Virus record (IMG/VR): IMGVR_UViG_3300025930_000007
Coordinates: 186,001 to 250,000 of that record
Direction: 5' to 3' (one strand)
DNA length: 64,000 nt
The notes below the pieces were generated by a model that saw nothing but the letters and a program-made list of their open reading frames with translations, was not told the origin of the DNA and did no database searches. Positions within the stretch are counted from its first letter, which is position 1. The number at the start of each line of letters is the position of its first letter. Positions 51,143 through 58,963 of the stretch are shown in pieces. A program made the translations under genes and the position numbers.

Positions 51143-51619
51143 CTACTTAGGCTTACCGACGACGATGCTCGCCAGCACCACAAGAGCGCCGATCTCCGTC
51201 CAGAAGGCGATCTTGTTGAGCATCGAACCGTTCCCGGTGAGGAGCTGAGTGGCGCCGGCGCCCAGGCCTACGAGCGCCGCCGTCACGCCGATCGGCGTGC
51301 TGTTATTCGAAGGTGCTGCGGCTGGGGTTGCTTGGCCCATTTCACGGATGGAATGGCAGAAGCCGTCATATCCCATCACTTCATCCGGTGTGCAGAACTG
51401 ATCGTCGATTGGCCGCCTGTTGTAACTACCCATCTGCATGATCGGCTGGCAGGTCCCATCGGCGCCGACCTCTTCATTGGGGCCACAGAGCCCATTCTCG
51501 AATGGAGCACGATGGGTCATGACGCCGAAGCCGCGCTCAAAGCTATGCCCGGCGCCGCCGAAGCCGCCGCCGCCACGGCCGAGATTGAGGCGCAGGGTTG
51601 TCGGTTTCCAGGTGTACAT
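51143..51619 (-). CDS. membrane protein with two Cys mini-repeats and LG/MG motifs
   Basis: CGPNEEVGADGTC / CTPDEVMGYDGFC; EMGQA; two hydrophobic helices. Confidence 0.7.
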   Translation of the reverse strand: MYTWKPTTLRLNLGRGGGGFGGAGHSFERGFGVMTHRAPFENGLCGPNEEVGADGTCQPIMQMGSYNRRPIDDQFCTPDEVMGYDGFCHSIREMGQATPAAAPSNNSTPIGVTAALVGLGAGATQLLTGNGSMLNKIAFWTEIGALVVLASIVVGKPK

Positions 51620-51955
51620 GGAATCCCCCCTATTGTAGAAACTGGTCGCCGGGGGAAGCGACCGGACAGCCTGATTATACTTTGAGCCCAGGCGATCTCA
51701 ACGGGAATTTAGACCAACAGCCACACCAATAAGTACGATGACCGCAGGAATCGAATAGGACATTGAGGTCCCAAGTAATCTTGAAAGTCCTATTCCACAT
51801 CAAGCCATAGAGCACCACGCCGTAGGGCTTGTACAAGATCTCGATTCCCCACCATCCAAAACGAAGCTGCAGCCACGGAGCCCATGGAATCGTCAGTAGC
51901 ATGGCTTCACCCGGTTACTGGTATACCGCCGTTTACGAGTCATCGCATTTTCTTC

Positions 51956-52030
51956 TTGACTGCGGTATCGGGCGGCGGTAGATTCTGGTTGTCCGCCCGA
52001 CGCTGCCCTCCCCAGGCAGCCCCAGAAGTA
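51956..52030 (+). ncRNA. candidate small RNA: promoter TTGACT-17-TAGATT, TCCGCCC, hairpin GCTGCC-CTCCCCA-GGCAGC
   Basis: Same leader elements as elsewhere but no credible plus-strand ORF follows. Confidence 0.35.
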
Positions 52031-52031
52031 T

Positions 52032-53174
52032 CTAGATCTTCACTCCAGGATTCGGAATCGTCCCGCGCTCCAAGCTCTCATCCGAGGTGATTCCGAACTC
52101 CTGCTCGAGGGCCCGAACAAGATTGCTGGCGTTGTCGGGAAGATCCGCCATCTTCAGCATTTGAGGCCAGAACGGACCGAAGGCATAGAATCCAGCGATG
52201 GGCACTGCGTCGATCATCGACATCGTAGGATTCGGCTTCAAGACCCATGCCGTCCGGACACCTGCGGCGCCGCCGGTGAACTGCCCATTGGCGACATACC
52301 CGGTCCCGATCAACCCAGGGATGCCGTGATGGATTCTCTGGATCATTCTCCAGAAGCCTTCCCGCAATTTCTCATGTTGCGGGTCTCCACGTTTCCGCGC
52401 TCCCTCAAGAGTCGGGATCATGGTCACGTACGGCATCTCGATCGGCTCGACCACTTCAAAGTAGGGAAGATCCTGGCCGAGGCCGGCGAGCGCAAGAGCT
52501 CTCTTCCAACCTTCATCGGCAACTGCGGGATATTTCAATCCTTCCTTCTGGATCGAATGAGCGATCTTCTGGACGGCCGGGCTATCCATCATTCTCATCA
52601 GCTTCGGGCCATAGTGCTTTTCGAGAAGCCGGACGACTTCCTGATGAGGAACGAGCAGAAAGCGGAAGTGCATGGTTTCTGGCTTTCGTCCGAAGTGAGC
52701 CTCGAAGTCCGCCGTCTGCCGGAGCGCGTCTTTCTGGCTAAGGGATGGAAGCTCTAAGAAGGAGTACGTGTCTCCAGGCGCGTAACAGCGTCTCTCGAAG
52801 ATGACTCCATCGCAGCTATCCACCCTTCCCAAGGATCCCGACAGCACCATCTCCCTGCCCCAATCCCCCTCGTTTTCCAGGGTCCAGGCAATCGACTTGG
52901 AACCATATTCGGCCGCGAGCGGCCGGGGGCCTTCGGGAGTCTGTGTCATGACGACGATCTTGCCGTCGGGATCCTCTTCCCACCAGAAGTCAAAGGCCGA
53001 GAGGTACTTCCGGAGACTTTCGGATCCGGATTTGGTCTCTCTGCGAGCCAGAGCCGAGACATGCTCGATCCTGAAGGTATGCTGTCCCCGGACGAGGACT
53101 AGATCCGGTTTCAGGTAAGCAAGCTCAGCCAGGACGTTGGCCAGAGGCCGCCTTTGACTCGGCCTATGCGCCAT
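52032..53174 (-). CDS. three-module protein, central module ParB/Srx-like
   Basis: IAHSIQKEGLKYPAVADEGWKRALA; linkers VLSGSLGR and TLEGA. Confidence 0.6.
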   Translation of the reverse strand: MAHRPSQRRPLANVLAELAYLKPDLVLVRGQHTFRIEHVSALARRETKSGSESLRKYLSAFDFWWEEDPDGKIVVMTQTPEGPRPLAAEYGSKSIAWTLENEGDWGREMVLSGSLGRVDSCDGVIFERRCYAPGDTYSFLELPSLSQKDALRQTADFEAHFGRKPETMHFRFLLVPHQEVVRLLEKHYGPKLMRMMDSPAVQKIAHSIQKEGLKYPAVADEGWKRALALAGLGQDLPYFEVVEPIEMPYVTMIPTLEGARKRGDPQHEKLREGFWRMIQRIHHGIPGLIGTGYVANGQFTGGAAGVRTAWVLKPNPTMSMIDAVPIAGFYAFGPFWPQMLKMADLPDNASNLVRALEQEFGITSDESLERGTIPNPGVKI

Positions 53175-53180
53175 ACCGGC

Positions 53181-53327
53181 CTATTTCTTTCCCAGTGTCT
53201 TCCGGGCTACGCAGGACGCGACCTTCTTGCGCTGCTGGGGCGTCCAAGGCTTCCCGGGCTTGATGCCGACGTCGCGGGCGCAGGAGGATGTGAGGCGCAG
53301 CTTGAGGGGGAGGGTTCTCTTCGCCAT
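53181..53327 (-). CDS. 48-aa basic protein not in the ORF track
   Basis: MAKRTLPLKLRLTSSCARDVGIKPGKPWTPQQRKKVASCVARKTLGKK; AGGA RBS. Confidence 0.6.
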   Translation of the reverse strand: MAKRTLPLKLRLTSSCARDVGIKPGKPWTPQQRKKVASCVARKTLGKK

Positions 53328-53333
53328 GTCTTC

Positions 53334-53942
53334 CTATCTCCTCGATCTTCCCATGGATGCCACAAAATACCTCGGGTACATCGGTTTCTTCTTATGGACA
53401 ATGCCGCCGCTGCCGGCCATCATGACGCGGCCTCTTCCGGAGATGGAAGGAGCCGGAACCGGAGGCGGCGGGGGCGGTGGGGCGTCGAGCGTGCAGAGGT
53501 TTTCGACCTTCTTTTCGATCTCCAAGGCCTTCTTCCGAAGATCCTTGGCCTTGTTCACCACCTGGCTCACGTGAAGGGTAATGGGCTTCTTCGATTTCTC
53601 TTTCTCGTTCTTCTTGCCGGTCTTGAGCACCTCACGGATCATGCTGTTGATCCGCGCGGCGGCCTTGGCGTAGATCTGGATGTCCTTCCGGAGTCCCTGA
53701 TCGTCTACGAGCACCGCCAGGTCATTCGCTGACTTGCTGCTCTGCCAGAACCCGGCGGAGATATGCTCGATGTCCCGTTTGGTGAAAAACGGCGTTTTGG
53801 ATGCTTCAGCCTGCTGGACGTAGAACTCGCTGAAGGACAATGCGTCGGAAATGCGGGTCGCGGCCTTCGACAGCCGGAAACAGGCCGTTGGACTCTTGAG
53901 CAGATCTGCTGTAGGTACACCGAGCTTCAGATTGAGCTTCAT
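53334..53942 (-). CDS. basic helical protein with KLG, MAG and terminal MGRSRR motifs
   Basis: 202 aa, poly-Pro tract. Confidence 0.7.
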   Translation of the reverse strand: MKLNLKLGVPTADLLKSPTACFRLSKAATRISDALSFSEFYVQQAEASKTPFFTKRDIEHISAGFWQSSKSANDLAVLVDDQGLRKDIQIYAKAAARINSMIREVLKTGKKNEKEKSKKPITLHVSQVVNKAKDLRKKALEIEKKVENLCTLDAPPPPPPPVPAPSISGRGRVMMAGSGGIVHKKKPMYPRYFVASMGRSRR

Positions 53943-54800
53943 CTACTGGCTCCGGAATCGAGGCTTCGGGTAGATCCTGGGGTTATGGGATTCTCCTGCC
54001 GGCGCGACGGGCGCACCTGTCGCTACAGCCTGAGCGGTCGCGGCCGTCGCCGGCTGAGAAGGTCCGAGAGGCTTGACGAAACTTCTGAATCCGGGAGATG
54101 GAAGATTGCCAGCGGATGGTGCCTGAATCGACGAACGCCAGGGCGCCGCGGCCGTCGCCGGCCGTAGGACTTCTGCCTTGACCTGCAATGGAGCTCCAGG
54201 CGCCGTTGGAATCTTCGAGAAGGACGTCGGAGTGAATGAGGGTCTCGGTGGCATCCCGGGTCGGAATCCAGGCTTCATGGGCGCGACGCCTGTCGGAGTC
54301 AGGATCCGAGGCTTCATGCCCGGCGGAAGCGGAAGAGGTTCCAGCTTGAAGGGAAGCCCCATCTTGCCGTCGGCGTCGGAAAGGAGCATCGGCAGGACAA
54401 AACTTCCGATGGCGATTCCCCAGAGAACGTATTCCATGACCCGCTGCTGTTGTTCCGTCGGGAAATAGGCGTTCACGTAGCCTTCGAGCCTATCCAGCGA
54501 AGTCTTCCAATTCAGGAAGGCTGTACGTTCCTCGGAACTGAAGTCGCGCCAGATGGGGCCCGGCTCGGTCACGAGTCTGGTTTCGATCGCCGAAACGATG
54601 GGATCCGTAGCCTGAAACGTCTTGTAGGCTGCTTCGAAATTCTCCTGATCCCCTTTGAAGGGACGATCTGACCATGCAGGAAGCGAATTGAGAACTTCCT
54701 GGACGCGCGCCTGCTTGGTACGTCCCGCAGAGATCTGCGCGAGAACATCGTCTCGCGTCTCGCGGTTCATGTAGGGTTCTTCGGCGCCTAGGCGACGCAT
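53943..54800 (-). CDS. membrane protein starting MRRLGA, Pro-rich tail
   Basis: TM YVLWGIAIGSFVLPMLL; promoter TTGAAG-17-TAGAGT. Confidence 0.75.
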   Translation of the reverse strand: MRRLGAEEPYMNRETRDDVLAQISAGRTKQARVQEVLNSLPAWSDRPFKGDQENFEAAYKTFQATDPIVSAIETRLVTEPGPIWRDFSSEERTAFLNWKTSLDRLEGYVNAYFPTEQQQRVMEYVLWGIAIGSFVLPMLLSDADGKMGLPFKLEPLPLPPGMKPRILTPTGVAPMKPGFRPGMPPRPSFTPTSFSKIPTAPGAPLQVKAEVLRPATAAAPWRSSIQAPSAGNLPSPGFRSFVKPLGPSQPATAATAQAVATGAPVAPAGESHNPRIYPKPRFRSQ

Positions 54801-54837
54801 AGTTCAGTCCTAACTCTAACCTTAAAGCCGCGATCCT

Positions 54838-55236
54838 TCAAGTGTGAAAGAAGTACTTCACGCCGGCGATCGCTCCTGGAAGGCTCGGCGTCGGGAGTTT
54901 CGAGGGCAAAAACCACCCGTAACGGTCGTGTTCATCGTTGAGGACCGGCTCCCAGGCATCCCCAGAAGCGTCCATTTGCGCCAGGAAGAGCGCAAAGGCG
55001 AAGAAGGGGTTCGGAGCCCACCATACGGGCTCTGTGTCGATATAGAGCTTCGGCAGGCCTCCAAGCTCCTCGCGTCCCTCCCGAAGGGCCGCCTCGAGGT
55101 GTGTCTCGCCTGGTTCAACACTGCCTCCCGTAAAATCCCAGTATCCCGGGCTGCTTTCTGCCGCGGATCTCCGCGTCATAAGAACCTTACCGTCCCTGGG
55201 ACGGAGGATCAGGAGACCCGCGCCATTTTCGCTCAT
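54838..55236 (-). CDS. Nudix hydrolase
   Basis: GGSVEPGETHLEAALREGREELG. Confidence 0.9.
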   Translation of the reverse strand: MSENGAGLLILRPRDGKVLMTRRSAAESSPGYWDFTGGSVEPGETHLEAALREGREELGGLPKLYIDTEPVWWAPNPFFAFALFLAQMDASGDAWEPVLNDEHDRYGWFLPSKLPTPSLPGAIAGVKYFFHT

Positions 55237-55487
55237 GCGATCGCTTTTTCCATTTCGACCAGGCGCTCACGCAGGACCTGGATGTCGTTGACAAGCTGCT
55301 CAGCCTTCTCGGCGTCGGCAAGTCCCTGTATTCCAGACATATAGCCGTAGAGGTATAGGTACCCACGGATATCTCCGTCGTTCAGAGATTGCGCCGCCTG
55401 CTGGAAAGCGCTGGTCGCCATTCCCAAAGCCTTCGCTTGTTCTTGCGGCGTGTCCAGTCCAAGGACATTTTTATACTTTCTGCTCAT
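55233..55487 (-). CDS. hypothetical protein
   Basis: 84 aa coupled ORF. Confidence 0.6.
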   Translation of the reverse strand: MSRKYKNVLGLDTPQEQAKALGMATSAFQQAAQSLNDGDIRGYLYLYGYMSGIQGLADAEKAEQLVNDIQVLRERLVEMEKAIA

Positions 55488-55690
55488 GATCCTCTTCTCC
55501 GTATGGAAGGAGATCCGCTTCTTTATGCCGCAGGCCGTGCATCTCGCTGACGGCCTTTGGGACGGTCCTTAGATGCAGGATGCACAGATCCACAAAGAAC
55601 TCCTGGCCGTCTCTTTCGTTCCTGATCTGGAACAAGGCCGGCATCAGGCATCCGTTGTAGGCGCAAGACGGCCATAGTCCGAACATCGCA

Positions 55691-56773
55691 TCAGGACGTC
55701 TGAGAGATCAGAGCATCCAGGTCCTCATCTCCGTTGATTGTGTTGTACCAGGTCAGCGCGGAATCCTGTTCCTCGAAGAGAACCTCGTGCTGCCAGGGCT
55801 GTCCTCCAAAGGGATCGATTCGTTCGATCTTGAGGACCCAGTTGTTCGTTCGGTCTTCCTCTGGAGAAAGGAGTTCCAGGTTGATATAGCCGACTTTCCT
55901 TTTCGAGCTTCCCAGCTCGATCAGCATTTCGGCTCCCATGGTGGCCTTCTTCTTTTTCGGACGATCCTTGAAGCTCCGTTCCTCCGGAGTATGGTAATCG
56001 ACGCCCAGGAAGTCGTAGAAATCCCGTTCGTCTGCGGATTGGAGAAGAGGCTCGCCAGTTTTAGCGTCCCAGATGCCGTATTGGTCTAGTTTCCATCCAC
56101 GGCGCTTGGCGATCGAGCGCATGGCGATATTGTGCTGCCAATCGCCCGTGTACATAAAAAGCATCGCGCCGAGCTCGTCGACCTTGTGGGCGATATAGAG
56201 CTCGACGGGGACGCCGTCCATGATCTTCTTCTGAATTCTTTCCCCGCCCTCATAGCCCAGCTTCTTGAGGTGAAGCAATAGGCCTTCGACATCGCCGTCC
56301 TTGGGTAGGATCACCAGCTCGACATCGCCAATCTGAGGCCGCTGCCGGCGGATCGACCCTGCTACCAGAGCTACCTGAACGTACTTCTCGATTTCTCTCA
56401 AGACCCGGGTGGCGAGCTTCTGAGCTTTCGTAAGAGGAATAGTGCTCTTCACGCGCCGGCCCATTTCGATCAGCATCTCAGCGCCCATGGCCGCTTTACC
56501 ACTCTTCTGAGGCGTGATCGAGACGAAGGCGCCGCTGGGAGGATCACCGATCAGGATCGAAACACCGTCATCCGAATACTTCTCCCAAAGCTCGATATGG
56601 GCATTCCACCGAGCCGTGGCATCGCCTTCAGTCTGGCATCCGATGGTATGACTCGCTACCCAATAACCGACGGCGACACCGCTGTCGCCGCAGGCATTGA
56701 CGTCCCTTTCGGCTTCCCGAAGAAGCTTCCAAGCCGCCGCCTGGGTCATGATCGGAAGCTCTTCGAAGTTCAT
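55691..56773 (-). CDS. three-module protein with central minimal X-family DNA polymerase
   Basis: VAGSIRR...GDVELVI, YTGD, KLDQYGI, LGVDYHTPEER; start at ATGA overlap 56773. Confidence 0.85.
   Translation of the reverse strand: MNFEELPIMTQAAAWKLLREAERDVNACGDSGVAVGYWVASHTIGCQTEGDATARWNAHIELWEKYSDDGVSILIGDPPSGAFVSITPQKSGKAAMGAEMLIEMGRRVKSTIPLTKAQKLATRVLREIEKYVQVALVAGSIRRQRPQIGDVELVILPKDGDVEGLLLHLKKLGYEGGERIQKKIMDGVPVELYIAHKVDELGAMLFMYTGDWQHNIAMRSIAKRRGWKLDQYGIWDAKTGEPLLQSADERDFYDFLGVDYHTPEERSFKDRPKKKKATMGAEMLIELGSSKRKVGYINLELLSPEEDRTNNWVLKIERIDPFGGQPWQHEVLFEEQDSALTWYNTINGDEDLDALISQTS
55910..56488 (-). repeat. two 30-nt copies encoding MGAEMLIE[M/L]G (56459-56488 and 55910-55939)
   Basis: 9/10 amino acids identical, differences mostly synonymous. 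Confidence 0.9.
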
Positions 56774-57732
56774 TGATTGTAGACGACTCTTCCCTGAGGC
56801 AAGCTGAAGGAGGTTCTCTTCTTCTTCCGCTTGCACTTCTTGCAGCCGATGACGTGATTGGGATTCATTTCGTCATGGAGTTCGATAGGACCCAAGGGCA
56901 CTGCTTCGGATCCAAGGAATCCACCGCCAGGATAAACCATCTTGATCGAGATTGGGCTCGAGACGATGGCCGGTGTGCTGTCATCACGGTTCCGGTACAC
57001 GTTGACCGCAACACTGACGGTCTGAGGGAACCAGAAGTTGATGGGATTCGAGAGCAGCGTTTCATTCCGTACATCACCAGCCGGAACCGTCATAAGCTTC
57101 ATGCCGACTTCACTGGGTTCCGGCTTCGACTTGAAGACGACCTGCCCTTCGTCATCCCGGATTTCCAGTCCGACGAAGAACGAGAGAGGATCCTTCCCCT
57201 GATTCCGAATGGAGAAGGCAAACGGCTGGTCGATCAGCATGTTGCGAACTGTGCCGCCCGTCCGATCCTGCCGCGGATCGAGCATGATGCTGAGCCTGCT
57301 GGCCAGCCAGCCCGGAGGCTCATTGGGAACAGGGTTATTCGACGACGGCGGCAGGATGCTGCTTCCGGTCGGAGATGGAGGTTCCGGCGCAGCCGGCTCC
57401 TGGAAGAGGAAGTAAAGACCGGCGGCGATCCCGGCGACGGCGCCCGCATAAGCAGCAGGCTTCCAGTCCTGAGAAAACGTCTCGGACAGATAGTAGGACG
57501 TGAGGCCGCCTCCGATCAAGGCCGAAGCCAGCCCGAGGTTCTTCTTGTTGATCGGGACGTCCGGAACAGCCTTCGCCACGATCAGCGACGCCAGATAAGC
57601 GCCGCCGGCCCAGGCGATGAACGGCAAGCCGAACCGGATCAGGATAGGAACCGCTGCTTGAACCTGACCAAGGTGCAGTCTTGGCCCATTCCCGAGCATC
57701 GGAACCTTTTTGGCTGGCTTCCACTTGGTCAT
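56770..57732 (-). CDS. three-TM protein with Ig-like C-terminal region and HLGQ motif
   Basis: PMLGNGPRLHLGQ leader, three hydrophobic helices, beta-rich domain; AGGAG RBS. Confidence 0.75.
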   Translation of the reverse strand: MTKWKPAKKVPMLGNGPRLHLGQVQAAVPILIRFGLPFIAWAGGAYLASLIVAKAVPDVPINKKNLGLASALIGGGLTSYYLSETFSQDWKPAAYAGAVAGIAAGLYFLFQEPAAPEPPSPTGSSILPPSSNNPVPNEPPGWLASRLSIMLDPRQDRTGGTVRNMLIDQPFAFSIRNQGKDPLSFFVGLEIRDDEGQVVFKSKPEPSEVGMKLMTVPAGDVRNETLLSNPINFWFPQTVSVAVNVYRNRDDSTPAIVSSPISIKMVYPGGGFLGSEAVPLGPIELHDEMNPNHVIGCKKCKRKKKRTSFSLPQGRVVYNQ

Positions 57733-57936
57733 ATAGCTCCTATTGCCATTTCTCTTGTTCTTTTTCGTAGGCTTCCCAGAACGGAACCGTGTATTGCCCG
57801 CTATCGGGGCTGAGCGGCAGGCCCTGGCAGCGCGGACAGCCCATGACGTGCCGCACGTCGCGCTGATCGTGAACTGTGACCGTCCCGAGGCGGATCTGTG
57901 GACGATCAAGAGGATTCCAGACCACTCGTACTTGTC

Positions 57937-58206
57937 TCATCGGCACGACCTCTTTGCGTTCTTCTTGAGTTTCCCCCAAACTACGGTCACATGATTCCCG
58001 CGCTTCTGACTCCGGAAGGTGCGGAAACAGGTCTTCGGCCGCTGCACCACCCGGAAGGATCCCGGCGTTTCGATCGTGATCCTGGCTTCCTTCCGAGAGT
58101 GCCGTTCCGCGATCATGCCGGCTTCTTCCTTCGAATGGACGAAGGGATGGGTCTTCTTCACGACGACCGCCTGTTCGACCCAGACCTTCTTCGGCTTGGC
58201 CATCAT
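57937..58206 (-). CDS. small basic protein
   Basis: 89 aa, Lys/Arg-rich. Confidence 0.65.
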   Translation of the reverse strand: MMAKPKKVWVEQAVVVKKTHPFVHSKEEAGMIAERHSRKEARITIETPGSFRVVQRPKTCFRTFRSQKRGNHVTVVWGKLKKNAKRSCR

Positions 58207-58694
58207 TATCTCCGAAGGATCAGGCAGAGCCGGCCCCAGAAACGAGCCAGTTGATTCCTGTCTTGGATCACCATGGCGTAGTTCTTCTTGAAGTCTGCCA
58301 TGTCCCCCGAAGCGAGCGCCAGGATGTAACCGCCGGTCGCGGTCACATGGGTGAGGAAGAGTTTCTCGAACTCCTGCTTCGGGAAACCCGGGATCTCGCT
58401 CTCGTAAAGCCTGGTCTGATCGTTCGCATTCAGGATCAGGGCTTCGACCGCGGCATCGACCGTACCTTGGTCCTTGGCGAACGCGGCGTCCGTGAGCTGC
58501 TTCACCAGGGCGATGTGCTGGTTCATGAGCCGGGTGGCGTCAGGGATCTTGAGGAGATCTCCCCATTCCTCGGCGCCTTCGACGAGCTTATTGACGGCAT
58601 TCGCCTGCATCCGGGCATCTTTCTGGTTCGTCGCCGCGACGTACATGTACGTCTCGCCGACGTGATCGAACCACCAGGTTGCGCAGTCAGCCAT
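58206..58694 (-). CDS. helical-bundle protein with repeated His-bearing helices
   Basis: WWFDH, LMNQH, LFLTH spacing. Confidence 0.6.
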   Translation of the reverse strand: MADCATWWFDHVGETYMYVAATNQKDARMQANAVNKLVEGAEEWGDLLKIPDATRLMNQHIALVKQLTDAAFAKDQGTVDAAVEALILNANDQTRLYESEIPGFPKQEFEKLFLTHVTATGGYILALASGDMADFKKNYAMVIQDRNQLARFWGRLCLILRR

Positions 58695-58888
58695 TACCGG
58701 CCCTTTCTGGCTTTCTTGACCATCTGAATCATTCGTTCCTGACGAAGGGCGCTCCTCTTACTCCTATGGCGCCCAAGGAGAAGACGAGGCTTCTTCTTGG
58801 AATAGAGGCAGATGGGAAAGCCGGGCTTCTTGTCGCCAGAATAGCAGGGCTTGATGATGCCCAACTGAAGACGGATTCCCCCAGGCAT
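58694..58888 (-). CDS. small basic protein
   Basis: CLYSKK...LLGRHRSKRSALRQER; AAGGAG RBS. Confidence 0.65.
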   Translation of the reverse strand: MPGGIRLQLGIIKPCYSGDKKPGFPICLYSKKKPRLLLGRHRSKRSALRQERMIQMVKKARKGR

Positions 58889-58909
58889 GAAACGGCTCCT
58901 TGAAAGCTG

Positions 58910-58930
58910 AAGGCACGGGGGGAGTACCCT
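58910..58930 (-). promoter_or_regulatory. leader hairpin with TCCCCCC loop after promoter TAGACT-17-CATAAT
   Basis: AGGGTAC/GTGCCTT stem with G-U pairs. Confidence 0.55.
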
Positions 58931-58963
58931 CGCCGATATTATGCCTTGTGGAGGGCGGAAAGT

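Noticed and set aside
55910-56488. PolX as an intein or transposon with target-site duplication
   Set aside because: No Cys/Ser...His-Asn intein ends, no transposase, and the repeat is conserved at protein rather than DNA level.
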